Positions 10,512-20,860 are shown, counted from the stretch's first letter. The stretch: DNA of 64,000 nt from Candidatus Bathyarchaeia archaeon (GCA_035529595.1 DATKWK010000023.1:206961-270960); one strand, 5' to 3'. The notes: a model not told the origin generated them from the letters alone. Program-made: numbers and translations.

Positions 10512-10665
10512 AAAGATCCAACTTTGTTTTTATATTATATCTTATCTGAGGATCGAATAGAGGGCGGGAAGGAGAGAAGTGAGCAATAAAGCCGTACCGG
10601 CGATAACGCTAATAAAAACCCATAATTTTTGTTTCTTTTTGGAAATCATCATGTTTCAAAAAAAC

Positions 10666-11922
10666 CTAGCTGATGCGCAATTTTAGAAATCTCCTTTTTC
10701 CTATTCTAATTACCGTCCCGTCGTTTTGAGCGCCTACCTTAAATTCCCGATTGGTCACTGGTAAATCGCTGATTCTTACCGACCCTTGCTGAATTAATCT
10801 TTTGGCTTCACTTCTTGAATTAGCTAATTCGCTTTCGGTTAAGATATCAACCAAAAGCTGTCCTCTCTTTACTTCATAAGTGGAGATTTCTGCCGGCAGT
10901 TCCTTTTTTTGGAATATTTTTTCAAATTTTGTCTGAGCTTCCTCGGCTTCTTTTTTTGAGTACAGCATTTTGACAATTTCTAAAGCCAGCTCCTTCTTTA
11001 TTTTCATTGGATTAGTAGTGCCTTTTTTCAAGGTTTCGCTTATCTTTCTCACTTTTGATAACGGAATATCAGTCAGCAGCTCAAATCCAAGGACAATTAC
11101 TTCATCGGGAAAGGACATGATGCCGCCGTACATGTCGGCAGGCGCGGCGTTTAAAAAAAGGGCATTACCGGTGGTTTTGCCAACTTTTTGTCCTTTCGAG
11201 TCAACCAGCAGTTTGGTAGTGAGGATAAGTTTTTCCTTACCTTTAGTAGCCTTCATCAAAGTTCTTCCGCAAAGCATATTAAAAGTTTGGTCATTCCCTC
11301 CTATTTCAAGATCAACAGCCATCTTGACTGAGTCAATCGCTTGGGCTAACGGATAAAGGAATTCATGCAAAAAGATTGGCTTACCTTCCCTTAAGCGCGT
11401 CTGAAAGAAATCGCGCTCGATCATCTGTTGAACCGTAAAATTGGCTGAAATTTCAATTAAATCTTTAAAAGTTATTTTATCGCTCCAATGACTATTAAAC
11501 ATCATTTTAGCGGCATTAGGGCCGCTGAAATTAAGGATTTTTCCTACCTGCCTTTTCCAGGTTTTTGAATTATCTAAAACCTGCTTTCTGGTCAGTCTGG
11601 GGCGAACGGCTGATTTTTCCGTCGGGTCACCAATCATGCCGGTAAAATCACCAATCAGAAAAATTACCTCATGACCTAGATCTTGGAATTCCTTCAGCTT
11701 AAGAATGCCGACTAGATTACCCAAGTGAAGATTAGGCATTGACGGATCAAACCCTTGGTATAAACGGAGCTTTTTGTCTGATCTTAGTACTTTTTCCAGA
11801 GCCTTTTTTGAGGGGTAAATTTTCTCTACTCCCCTAGTTAAGATTTCTTCAATTTTATCCATAAATTCCTCTTTTAATTGTAAAACAAAAGACGGGCTTT
11901 GTCTATTTGGATTATATTGCAA
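10666..11922 (-). CDS. tyrS: Tyrosine--tRNA ligase
   Basis: Class I HLGN (HIGH-like) motif, KVGKT (KMSKS-like) motif and a C-terminal S4 domain. Confidence 0.8.
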   Translation of the reverse strand: MQYNPNRQSPSFVLQLKEEFMDKIEEILTRGVEKIYPSKKALEKVLRSDKKLRLYQGFDPSMPNLHLGNLVGILKLKEFQDLGHEVIFLIGDFTGMIGDPTEKSAVRPRLTRKQVLDNSKTWKRQVGKILNFSGPNAAKMMFNSHWSDKITFKDLIEISANFTVQQMIERDFFQTRLREGKPIFLHEFLYPLAQAIDSVKMAVDLEIGGNDQTFNMLCGRTLMKATKGKEKLILTTKLLVDSKGQKVGKTTGNALFLNAAPADMYGGIMSFPDEVIVLGFELLTDIPLSKVRKISETLKKGTTNPMKIKKELALEIVKMLYSKKEAEEAQTKFEKIFQKKELPAEISTYEVKRGQLLVDILTESELANSRSEAKRLIQQGSVRISDLPVTNREFKVGAQNDGTVIRIGKRRFLKLRIS

Positions 11923-12808
11923 AGACAGTGCCTTCTTCCGTAATCTGAAAACCAGTTTTTATTACCTGTTTATAAGCTTTGCTTTTTTTATTCAGAACAG
12001 GATTAGTATGGTTGAAATGAATGAAATAAATTTTTCTCCTTTCCAAAAGTGGTAGTTTGGAAAATATCTTGATACTTTCTGAAATTAGAGGATGAGGAAT
12101 TTCCTTGATATTTCTATAAGACAGTTCGCTTTGATCAAAAAAAGTTCCGTCAAGAAAAGCCAAGTCAACCTTTCTAACCATCTCTTTAATATCATTTTTT
12201 AGAAACTCCCATTTGTCGATATCAGGAATAAAGAGCACTTTTTTATTTGGGCCTTCAATAACAAAACCTACGGTTTCTGTGTATTCATCTCGATGGTTTA
12301 CTAAAAAAGGCAAGATTGAAATATGCTTATTCAATTTTGTTTTTTGATTTTTTTGTAATTGTTTAATTTTAATATTTTTTTTCTGAATTAAATCTTTCCA
12401 GGGGCTGTTTGCCAATAAGAATATTTTCATTTTAGGCATGACAAAAACCGGAATTTTCTGAGCATTTAAGATTGCTTTTTCTAAGCATAATAAGCCAGTA
12501 TAGTGACCAATGTGGCCATGAGTTAAAAAGATTCCTTCAAGACCTGGCGGTTTTTTTATGGTTGGGAAAACTTTATTTAGTAAAGCTAACTGAAATTTAA
12601 AATCCGGCGTCGTTTCAATAAGCCATCTTTTTTTAAGTTGGGGATCGATAATAGCCAGACTAGTAGTATTTTTCCTTACAGATAAATCTCCCCAAGCTTT
12701 CCGGCAGCATAAGTTATTACAACCACAATGAGGTACACCGCCGTCCTGAGCAATACCCAGGATAATGATAAACGGGTTAGTTTTGTTTTTGGCAAAGGCT
12801 TGTTTCAT
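11912..12808 (-). CDS. MBL-fold metallo-hydrolase, PqqB-like
   Basis: N-terminal LGIAQDGGVPHCGCNNLCC resembles the PqqB GSAAGGGxPQWNCNC region, and THGHIGHYTG is the beta-lactamase-fold HxHxDH-type motif. It overlaps the tyrS start by 11 nt. Confidence 0.5.
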   Translation of the reverse strand: MKQAFAKNKTNPFIIILGIAQDGGVPHCGCNNLCCRKAWGDLSVRKNTTSLAIIDPQLKKRWLIETTPDFKFQLALLNKVFPTIKKPPGLEGIFLTHGHIGHYTGLLCLEKAILNAQKIPVFVMPKMKIFLLANSPWKDLIQKKNIKIKQLQKNQKTKLNKHISILPFLVNHRDEYTETVGFVIEGPNKKVLFIPDIDKWEFLKNDIKEMVRKVDLAFLDGTFFDQSELSYRNIKEIPHPLISESIKIFSKLPLLERRKIYFIHFNHTNPVLNKKSKAYKQVIKTGFQITEEGTVFAI

Positions 12809-12930
12809 TATCTGATAGTCTGATTATATAATAAAAATACTTTCTCGGGGCTCCCTTTGATATTGGTCTTGCTAGACTTTTATCGCGGGGAGCCCGAGAA
12901 GGCGCTTGGGATGCATTTGCTCAGATTTTT

Positions 12931-13884
12931 TTACAGAACGCCCATCCAGAGTGGGACTGACATGCATTCCTTGGTTGGATGCATGTGGCCATAGAGATCG
13001 TCCTCGCCAAAATTCTCTCCGTGGTCACCGGTTACGAAGACGAATATCTCTCGGCTCGTAATTGATCTTAGACCATCGAAAAGTTGGCCAAACTTGGGAT
13101 CTAGTGCCTCAAGCCCGTTAATCTGCATCTGGTGCAGGTTTTTGGCCTGAGCCGCCAAAACCAGCTTGGTTGTAGCCGAGAGTTTTTGTGATCGGAGATT
13201 TAAGCCTTGGCTTAGTGTTGAGAAGACGGCGTGAACTTCTTCTGGAATTCCCTCGCCCCAGTCGTATGGATAGTGAGGTTCGGGACAATTAATGAAGAGA
13301 AACCATTGGCCATGCCGACCAACATATTTCCCAAGGTGGCTGACAATCTCTTCGACGTGATTGAGGGGAAACGTTTCCGGCTTTCTTTCCGTCAATGGCT
13401 CTTCGTCCATGTCCGGGCCGAAGTAAAAGAACTTCGACCAAGGGAAAGCAGTTCGGAGGAAACTTCCAGTTGAGAACTGGGAAACGCCTCCTACACCAAG
13501 GACATGGAACCCTAGCTGACGGAATCCTTCGATAACATTGTTACCGTCAAAAAGGATACCGCAGCCCTTGCCGGCATCGCGAGCCGGTCCAGTAGTGATC
13601 CTGAATGGCTGCCGAGCTACTTCGTTGTAGTAAGGCTCAAGCGCAGAAGCTATCGACGGAAGATGGCCCAAAAACATGGCCGTGTGGGCGGCTGGGGTGT
13701 AAGGCGAGAGTGTGACCGCTTTCATCATTAGCCCCAGACTGTCTAGGACTGGGGTTCGGGCCGACCCAGCCGTGTCATACCGACAACTGTCTAGGGTGAT
13801 CAGAACTCCATTCAGCCCCTCTAGACTTTCTAGATCAGTTATTTGAGTTTTCATTTTGACCCTCCTCAGGTCTAGTTCTGTCAA
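12931..13884 (-). CDS. Alkaline-phosphatase-superfamily (sulfatase/metalloenzyme-like) protein; visibly GC-richer than its surroundings
   Basis: VTGDHGENFGEDDLYGHMHP metal-site motif. A GAGGAGG RBS lies 7 nt upstream of the ATG. Composition and codon use differ from neighbouring genes. Confidence 0.4.
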   Translation of the reverse strand: MTELDLRRVKMKTQITDLESLEGLNGVLITLDSCRYDTAGSARTPVLDSLGLMMKAVTLSPYTPAAHTAMFLGHLPSIASALEPYYNEVARQPFRITTGPARDAGKGCGILFDGNNVIEGFRQLGFHVLGVGGVSQFSTGSFLRTAFPWSKFFYFGPDMDEEPLTERKPETFPLNHVEEIVSHLGKYVGRHGQWFLFINCPEPHYPYDWGEGIPEEVHAVFSTLSQGLNLRSQKLSATTKLVLAAQAKNLHQMQINGLEALDPKFGQLFDGLRSITSREIFVFVTGDHGENFGEDDLYGHMHPTKECMSVPLWMGVL

Positions 13885-14429
13885 AGAGCAAATGCATCCT
13901 ATATTGTCGGTTCGCGCTTTTTGACGCTGTGTCTGGGCGCAAAAAGACAGTGCACGGGGTAGGATTTACACCTACGAAACCGATTAAGGTGGCGGTTTTA
14001 CAGACCGCTGCATTTGCTACTCTGCCACCCGTGCCTTTCGGGCAATTAAAAAACCGTCCTTAATATAAGGACGGTTTTAACCGTGGTACCACCTTATTTG
14101 TCAGGGTTTGTTGGAATTAACCAAAAAAAACCGCCCAGAGGCGATTTACCCTAACCTCTCCGGCACTCCGGATGAACCGACATGCCTTAGCGCTGTAACG
14201 GGCGCGCCCGGAAGAACTTATTCCCGATCTGAAATTGAGGATTGATTCTTCAGCTCCAAGTGGGTAATTCGATCCGGGGATACGGTAAGCTTTCACCCGC
14301 CGCCTACTCTCTTTTGTCACTCCCCTTCTCTACTTCACCACTCATCAATGCCTTTTTCTAAATTGTTGCGGAATTTATATCATAAATCTTTTGCTCTTGT
14401 CAAGTTAATGTGTTAGAATTTTTACTGAA

Positions 14430-17114
14430 ATGAGTTGGAAACGGGTTTGGAAGAAAAGATTAAGACAAATTAAATCCCGGAAATATCTTAATTTAAGTCA
14501 ATTAGGCAGTCTGAAACGCGCCAAGATTCTTTCTTACTTAGCGATTTTTTGCTTTGTATCTGTTTTATCAGGGATTCTAATAGTCGGTTTACTGTTTGCC
14601 TGGTACGCTAAAGACTTACCTCATCCCGACAAAATTGTTCGCAGTGAAGGTTTTTCAACGAAAATATTCGATCGGCAGGAAAAACTCCTTTATGATGTTT
14701 TTGCGGATCAGCGCCGGATACCGGTCAAGATAGAGCAAGTGCCAACGGCTCTCCGTCAGGCAACAGTTGCGATTGAGGATAAGAATTTTTATAAACATCA
14801 TGGATTTGATCCTTTTGGTATCGTGCGTGCCTTATACAACATTGTTGTGCATCATCGTCTTCAGGGCGGTTCGACACTAACTCAACAGCTGGTGAAGAAT
14901 GTGCTTTTGACTCAAAAGCGGGTTCTTTCCCGGAAGATAAAAGAATTTATTCTGGCAGTTCAAATCGAGAATCGTTACAACAAGGACCAGATTCTTCAGA
15001 TGTATTTAAATGAGGCGCCCTATGGCGGAACGGCCTGGGGAGTTGAAGCGGCAGCCGAAATATATTTCGGCAAGAAGGTAGATGATTTAACGACGATAGA
15101 GTGCGCGATTCTTGCCGGCTTACCGCAACGGCCAAGTGAATACTCTCCTTTTGGAGAAGATCCCAAGGCTTATCTCGGGCGAACAAAAGTTGTCTTACGG
15201 CGAATGAGAGAAGACGGATATTTAACGAATGAAGGAGAATTGCAAGCTTACGCAGATTTAGAGAAAGTCCAATTTGCCCAAGAAGCAACTAAGTTTCGGG
15301 CTCCCCATTTCGTTATGTATGTTAAGAAGCAACTTGAAGACCGGTATGGTCAGCGGATGGTTGAACAAGGGGGGCTTAGGGTTTATACGACGCTTGATTT
15401 GGATTTACAGGAAAAAGCTCAATCTATTGTTGCAGAGGAAATTGCCAAAGTTAAAAGTTTGAATATCGGAAACGGTGCCGGGACTGTGATCGATCCGCAA
15501 ACCGGTGAAATATTAGCGATGATTGGGTCTAAAGACTATTTTGATCCCGATTATGACGGTAAAGTCAATGTTACCTTATCTCTGCGACAGCCGGGATCGG
15601 CCATCAAGCCGCTGACTTACGTGACGGCTTTTAAAAAAGGCTATACTGCCGCGACGTTGTTAATGGATACTCCGACATCTTTCTACATCGGCTCCGGGCA
15701 ACCTGGTTATAAACCGGTTAACTATGATGGTTTGTATCACGGCCCGCTCCAAGTTAGATATGCTCTTGGCAGCTCGATTAATATAACTGCTGTCAAAATG
15801 CTTGCCAGAGTGGGGATTAAATCAATGTTGGATACCGCTTATGATCTGGGTCTTTCCAGCCTTGAACCTTCGGCAGAGAATTTAAAGCGGCTAGGATTAT
15901 CAGTCACTCTTGGTGGTGCCGAAGTCCGTCTTTTAGAACTGGCCGGCGCTTATTCGTCTTTTGCCAACGGCGGTTTACGGGTTGAGCCGATCGCAATTTT
16001 AAAAGTTACCGACCAGGAGGGTAAGATTCTTGAAGAGACACATTCCCGGCCGCTAGCCCGCGTCCTAAGCGAGGGAGAAGCTTTTTTGATCAATCACATC
16101 TTAATGGACAATAATGCCCGTCTTTTGACTTTTGGCACACGCAGTAATCTGTATATGGCGGATCGCCAAGTTGCCGTCAAAACCGGAACTACCAATGATA
16201 AACGTGATAATTGGACCATCGGCTGGACACCGCAGGTTTTAGTCGGTATCTGGGTCGGTAATAACGATAATTCGCCGATGAAGGAAGTTGCCTCCGGTGT
16301 TTCCGGGGCGGCCCCAATCTGGCGGCGGATTATCCTTGAATTCTTAAAAGACAAGCCAAGCCTCAGTTTTTCCGTTCCTAATGAAATCGTTACCGCCGAA
16401 GTCGATCTTATTTCCGGCTATCGGGCTCATGAAGGTTATCCGTCCCGGCTGGAATATTTTATTAAGGGAACTGAGCCGGCCGGACCGGATTCGGTCCATA
16501 CGAAACTTAAACTCTGCCGCGGACAAGATAAATTAGCAACCGAAGTTGATATTGCCCGCGGGAACTACGAAGAAAAAGAATATTTTGTTTTCGTTGAAAT
16601 AGATCCGTTATCGATAGACAGCCATAATCGCTGGCAGGAAGGGATTGATACCTGGTCGGAAAATTTACAAGATTTGCGTTATCATCCGCCCCGGGAGTAT
16701 TGCAGCACTGAAAGCGAAATTGAAATTAATTTCGTCAAACCGGCCGATAGAATCGAAGTTGATAGTAATGAAATCGAAGTAAAGGCAGAAGCAATCTCAA
16801 TGAATAAAATTACTAAGATCGAGCTTTACATAGACGGTTCTTTAAGAGAATCTTTTGCGGATAAATCATTTGATAGAATTTATACTTTAACTGACGGAAC
16901 TCATTATTTAAAAATCGAGGCTGAAGATGAAAAAGGAAATCGGGGTTCAAAAGATGTCCGGATCGGCGTCAAAGTTCCTTGGGATTTAGCGCCATCACCG
17001 ACACCAGAACCAACATCAGTCGCCACCGTAACGCCGAATCCAACGATAACTGTAATGCCGACACCAATGGCAACACCAACGGTTAACATTATAACTATCC
17101 CGACAGGAAGTTAA
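14430..17114 (+). CDS. Class A penicillin-binding protein (PBP1A-type transglycosylase/transpeptidase) with a C-terminal beta-rich extension and PT-rich tail
   Basis: GT51 motifs EDKNFYKHHGFD and RKIKEF, transpeptidase S-x-x-K and KTGTT. A PT/PS linker sits at the C-terminus (nt ~16980-17100). Confidence 0.9.
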   Translation: MSWKRVWKKRLRQIKSRKYLNLSQLGSLKRAKILSYLAIFCFVSVLSGILIVGLLFAWYAKDLPHPDKIVRSEGFSTKIFDRQEKLLYDVFADQRRIPVKIEQVPTALRQATVAIEDKNFYKHHGFDPFGIVRALYNIVVHHRLQGGSTLTQQLVKNVLLTQKRVLSRKIKEFILAVQIENRYNKDQILQMYLNEAPYGGTAWGVEAAAEIYFGKKVDDLTTIECAILAGLPQRPSEYSPFGEDPKAYLGRTKVVLRRMREDGYLTNEGELQAYADLEKVQFAQEATKFRAPHFVMYVKKQLEDRYGQRMVEQGGLRVYTTLDLDLQEKAQSIVAEEIAKVKSLNIGNGAGTVIDPQTGEILAMIGSKDYFDPDYDGKVNVTLSLRQPGSAIKPLTYVTAFKKGYTAATLLMDTPTSFYIGSGQPGYKPVNYDGLYHGPLQVRYALGSSINITAVKMLARVGIKSMLDTAYDLGLSSLEPSAENLKRLGLSVTLGGAEVRLLELAGAYSSFANGGLRVEPIAILKVTDQEGKILEETHSRPLARVLSEGEAFLINHILMDNNARLLTFGTRSNLYMADRQVAVKTGTTNDKRDNWTIGWTPQVLVGIWVGNNDNSPMKEVASGVSGAAPIWRRIILEFLKDKPSLSFSVPNEIVTAEVDLISGYRAHEGYPSRLEYFIKGTEPAGPDSVHTKLKLCRGQDKLATEVDIARGNYEEKEYFVFVEIDPLSIDSHNRWQEGIDTWSENLQDLRYHPPREYCSTESEIEINFVKPADRIEVDSNEIEVKAEAISMNKITKIELYIDGSLRESFADKSFDRIYTLTDGTHYLKIEAEDEKGNRGSKDVRIGVKVPWDLAPSPTPEPTSVATVTPNPTITVMPTPMATPTVNIITIPTGS

Positions 17115-17191
17115 AAAATAATTAATTGTTGCAATATTCTTAACATTTGATACTATGATATTAACAAAATATTTATTTAACTATAACTGTC

Positions 17192-17686
17192 ATGAATGAA
17201 TTCCCTAGCGAACTTGCTGTTGCTGTAGCAACAAGAATGCTCGGTCCCTACACAGGAGTGGATAGCGAATTGTTAGAATTACTCAGTAAAGATTCTAGTC
17301 TCACTGATTTTGAACCTATAATAGGAGATGCAATAAGCCGACTTGAAAAAACGTTTCCTGAGTCTTCGGATAATGGAAGAATTCCTGATGAATATAAACC
17401 ATATTTACTTGTAACAGCGATTGTTAAAGTCAATGCGATTAGACGCTCTATAGCTAATAAAGCACTAATTGGTGAGGTTGTTAAAGGAAAGGTAGTAGGA
17501 GCTGTACATGGTTCAGAAAGACAGGTAATTATTAGAGAAATGGAAGTATTAAATTCACTAGATCGAATTGTCGGTAGATTATCGGATCAACGAGCTAGTT
17601 ATTTTGAAAAGGAGCAAGACTCAGGGTCAGGGATTGACCACTCGGGATTATGGAAATTAAATAGACAAATTGGTTCGTGGACCTGA
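17192..17686 (+). CDS. Hypothetical protein
   Basis: Clean 164-aa ORF with an upstream TTGCAA-16-TACTAT promoter-like sequence; no recognisable motif. Confidence 0.4.
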   Translation: MNEFPSELAVAVATRMLGPYTGVDSELLELLSKDSSLTDFEPIIGDAISRLEKTFPESSDNGRIPDEYKPYLLVTAIVKVNAIRRSIANKALIGEVVKGKVVGAVHGSERQVIIREMEVLNSLDRIVGRLSDQRASYFEKEQDSGSGIDHSGLWKLNRQIGSWT

Positions 17687-17711
17687 GTAATCTGGAAGAA
17701 ATTAATCGTTA

Positions 17712-19745
17712 TTAATTGAGTGACTTGATTTCCGCTTTAAATACCTCTTTAGATTTTCTGATAATGATATTTCTTATATGCCCGATTTCTTTATCAGTTA
17801 AAGTTTTCCTAAGACTTTGGTAAGTGATCCGGAAAGTCCGCGTATCTTGATAGATATCAACTAATTCCACATTTTGAATAATCGCACTCATTGCTTTAAT
17901 TGACTGGATTAGATCCCCGATCGGGGTATTTGGGGGCAAAACAAAACTTAAATCCTCAATTATTGGAGGGTATTGAGAGACCGGAGCATAGGTTTTATTA
18001 AATGAAGCATATCTTGCCAGGAGATCGACATTTAAGTCAAAAACAAAGAAAGGAATTTCAATACCGAAATTCTGCCTAATTTGAGGCTTAATTTCTCCGA
18101 AAACACCCACAGGCTGTTTTTTAACAGAAACAGACGCTGATCGATTAGGGTTCCAGAAAGCAATGTTCTTTGAGTCAGCTTTGATAAAACCATATTCTTT
18201 TATGCCCAAGTTTTCTAAAATGGCTATTACTATTCCTTTAGCTTGCCGAAATGATTCTTGTCCATAACTTTGGCCGACAATACCGGTTAGCCAGACCCTT
18301 TCTTCGGGAAGGTTATTTGACTGCCGATCATAGATTTTCGCCATTTCAAAAATTTTGATATCAGGCAAGTTTTTCTGATTTAAAGCGACGGTGCTCAATA
18401 AAGAAGGAATCAGGCTTTTTCGCATGTATATCCATTCTTCACTGATCGGGTTGGTGATTTTTAAATGTTTATTCTCCAATGGTAATAATTGGCTTTTTTC
18501 CAGCAATTCCTTACTGATCATCGAATAGTTGTAAATTTCAGTAAACCCCCAGTATTTTAGACTGTCCTTGATTTGCTCTTCTATTTTAAACTGCATATTT
18601 CTTGGTCTTGAAGGGATTTTGGTTTCGGGGATAATGCTTGGTAAATTGTAATAGCCGTAGATCCGCGCGACTTCTTCAACTATATCTTCAGGAATATTAA
18701 TATCATCAGCACGCCACGAAGGAATAACAGAAGAAACTGAATTGTACATAATCGAAGTTTCCAATCCCAATGAATCAAGTATTTTTTTTATTTGCGCAGA
18801 TTTTAATTCAATCCCCATCCGGTTATTAATAAATTGGATGTTAGTTTTAATTGTTTTTTTGATATAAGGCTTGGGATAAATATCAATGATTTTGTCACAA
18901 ACCCGGGTGTGAGCGTATTTTTGGTAAAGTTCAATTCCCCGCAATAGAGCAGTTTTTGACAATTCCGGGTCCGGGCCTTTTTCATTAAAAGAGGCAGCCA
19001 TCGTTCTGATACCTAGTGTCATGGCTGTTTTCCTGATGTGGTAAGGGTCGTTGTTTTCAATGAAGAACAGCAGGCGTTTAGTTTGCGGAGTGACGACACT
19101 GTTTTGGCTGCCGATAATACCCGGGAGATCGATGATTAAACCAGTGCCATCTTCAATAATACTGTCATCGCCGGGCAAGGCAAAAGTTTTGTTATCAAGA
19201 GTGGTAAATTTTTCCCCTTTGATTGAGGGCCGAATAATCAGTTTATGAGTTTTTATGCGATCGTAGTCAAAGGCATGGGTTGGATGGCCGGTTTCCAACA
19301 TTACATAATTGGTGATGTCAATGATATTTATTAAAGAACGAACGCCGGCTGATTCCAAGCGCCTACGTATAAAAAGAGGCGAAGTTTTAACTTCAATATC
19401 ATCTAAAACCACGCAGATGACTCGTCGGCATAATTGCGGACTGCTTTTGACTTGTAAAGGTAGATTTCGAGAAATAATCTGCGGCGTAAGTATTTTTGAA
19501 GGCATAAAGTCAGCTTTAAAACCGAAATTGGGTAAGATCGCGGCTGCTTCACGGGCTAACCCTGTAACACTCAGGCAATCAGGCCGGTTCGAGGTGATTT
19601 CAATATCATAAAGATAATCGCCATCTTTCTTCGTTATTCTTTCTACCGAAGGGCCACATAGAGACAGGCAACGGGCAATATCTGTCGGTTTTGCCGTAGT
19701 TTTTAAGAATTCTCTTAACCAGGAATCTAAAATTTGAATATTCAT
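17712..19745 (-). CDS. pheT: Phenylalanine--tRNA ligase beta subunit (short form)
   Basis: B3/B4 and B5 region similarity and a C-terminal FDX-ACB-like end. It lies directly downstream of pheS with a 2-nt gap. Confidence 0.8.
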   Translation of the reverse strand: MNIQILDSWLREFLKTTAKPTDIARCLSLCGPSVERITKKDGDYLYDIEITSNRPDCLSVTGLAREAAAILPNFGFKADFMPSKILTPQIISRNLPLQVKSSPQLCRRVICVVLDDIEVKTSPLFIRRRLESAGVRSLINIIDITNYVMLETGHPTHAFDYDRIKTHKLIIRPSIKGEKFTTLDNKTFALPGDDSIIEDGTGLIIDLPGIIGSQNSVVTPQTKRLLFFIENNDPYHIRKTAMTLGIRTMAASFNEKGPDPELSKTALLRGIELYQKYAHTRVCDKIIDIYPKPYIKKTIKTNIQFINNRMGIELKSAQIKKILDSLGLETSIMYNSVSSVIPSWRADDINIPEDIVEEVARIYGYYNLPSIIPETKIPSRPRNMQFKIEEQIKDSLKYWGFTEIYNYSMISKELLEKSQLLPLENKHLKITNPISEEWIYMRKSLIPSLLSTVALNQKNLPDIKIFEMAKIYDRQSNNLPEERVWLTGIVGQSYGQESFRQAKGIVIAILENLGIKEYGFIKADSKNIAFWNPNRSASVSVKKQPVGVFGEIKPQIRQNFGIEIPFFVFDLNVDLLARYASFNKTYAPVSQYPPIIEDLSFVLPPNTPIGDLIQSIKAMSAIIQNVELVDIYQDTRTFRITYQSLRKTLTDKEIGHIRNIIIRKSKEVFKAEIKSLN

Positions 19746-19747
19746 AT

Positions 19748-20797
19748 TTAGAATTGGTTTAAAATTCTTAGATCAGTGGAATAAAATAAGCGTAAGTCAG
19801 GTAGTTTTAGTCCTGATTTCATCATCATTACCCGTTCGACTCCCCAACCGAAAGCATAACCGGAATATATATCAGGATCAAGGCCACCATTTTTTAGCAC
19901 TACCGGATGGACCATACCTGAGCCTCCCAATTCCAGCCAGCCTTCCTTACAGAGACGACAACCTTTTCCCTGGCAAACGCCGCAAGTAATATCAACCTCA
20001 AAAGAAGGTTCAGTAAATCGGAAGTGAAAAGGCCGGAGACGAGTTTTTCTTTCTGGACCAAAAAACTCTCGGGCAAAATAGTCAAAAGTTCCTTTAAGGT
20101 GGGCAATATTTATTTCCCGATCAATTAATAATCCTTCGAATTGGTGAAACATTGGTGTATGAGAGATATCGTAGTTCGGACGGTAGACTTTACCAATATT
20201 AATCATACGAATCGGTGGGCTCAAGTGTTTTTCTTGGTAATATTCCATTTCGCGGATCTGGCCAGAGGAAGTATGGGGGGTTAAAAGCATTTTTCCCCAA
20301 TCTTCGGAAGGAGGAGGATCGAGATAAAAAGTTTCAAAGTCATCTCTGGCTGGGTGAATTTCCGGCATGTTTAAGTGTTCAAAGGCGTACCGGTCCCATT
20401 CGACCTCCGGATATCTGACGCGGATAAATCCGGTTCGCTCGAAAATTTCTGTAATTTCTCTGATTGCCTGAGTGACTAAATGCAGGTGACCAAGGGTTGG
20501 ATTTATGCCGGGTAAGGTAATATCAAACCATTCCTTTGTATCCGTTTGTTTTTTTTCCAAGATTGTTTCCGATTCGATCAGAAGACTTTCTATCTCTTTT
20601 TTAAGCTGGTTGATTTGATTACCCGTCGCTGACCGTTTCGGTATTGGTAATTCTGAAAGCGTTTTAATCGCCCGGTTAATTTTTCCCTTACGACCCAGAT
20701 AGGTAATCCGAAGTTGTTCCAGTTCACCTTTATTATTGGCTTTCTCGATTAACGAAAATGCTTCTTTTCTTAATTCTCGAATCTTTATATCGGGCAT
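19748..20797 (-). CDS. pheS: Phenylalanine--tRNA ligase alpha subunit
   Basis: Class II motifs FRxE/FTEPS..., GxGxGxER-like GWGVERV and the Cys cluster CGVCQGKGCRLC. Confidence 0.9.
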   Translation of the reverse strand: MPDIKIRELRKEAFSLIEKANNKGELEQLRITYLGRKGKINRAIKTLSELPIPKRSATGNQINQLKKEIESLLIESETILEKKQTDTKEWFDITLPGINPTLGHLHLVTQAIREITEIFERTGFIRVRYPEVEWDRYAFEHLNMPEIHPARDDFETFYLDPPPSEDWGKMLLTPHTSSGQIREMEYYQEKHLSPPIRMINIGKVYRPNYDISHTPMFHQFEGLLIDREINIAHLKGTFDYFAREFFGPERKTRLRPFHFRFTEPSFEVDITCGVCQGKGCRLCKEGWLELGGSGMVHPVVLKNGGLDPDIYSGYAFGWGVERVMMMKSGLKLPDLRLFYSTDLRILNQF

Positions 20798-20860
20798 ATT
20801 TACATTTTAGAATAGCATAAAAACTTATTTATCAGCAACATGACTCTGATGCTAAATCAT

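Noticed and set aside
14117-14320. 67-aa - strand ORF inside the GC-rich non-coding segment
   Set aside because: Arg-rich nonsense-like translation in high-GC DNA with no RBS; more likely a structured RNA or decayed sequence.
13885-14340. RNase P RNA, tmRNA or SRP RNA identity for the structured segment
   Set aside because: The universal motifs are not found on either strand. These are GGAAAGUCCGG for RNase P, a T-arm plus CCA plus in-frame tag ending in a stop for tmRNA, and GGAAGCAGCC for SRP.
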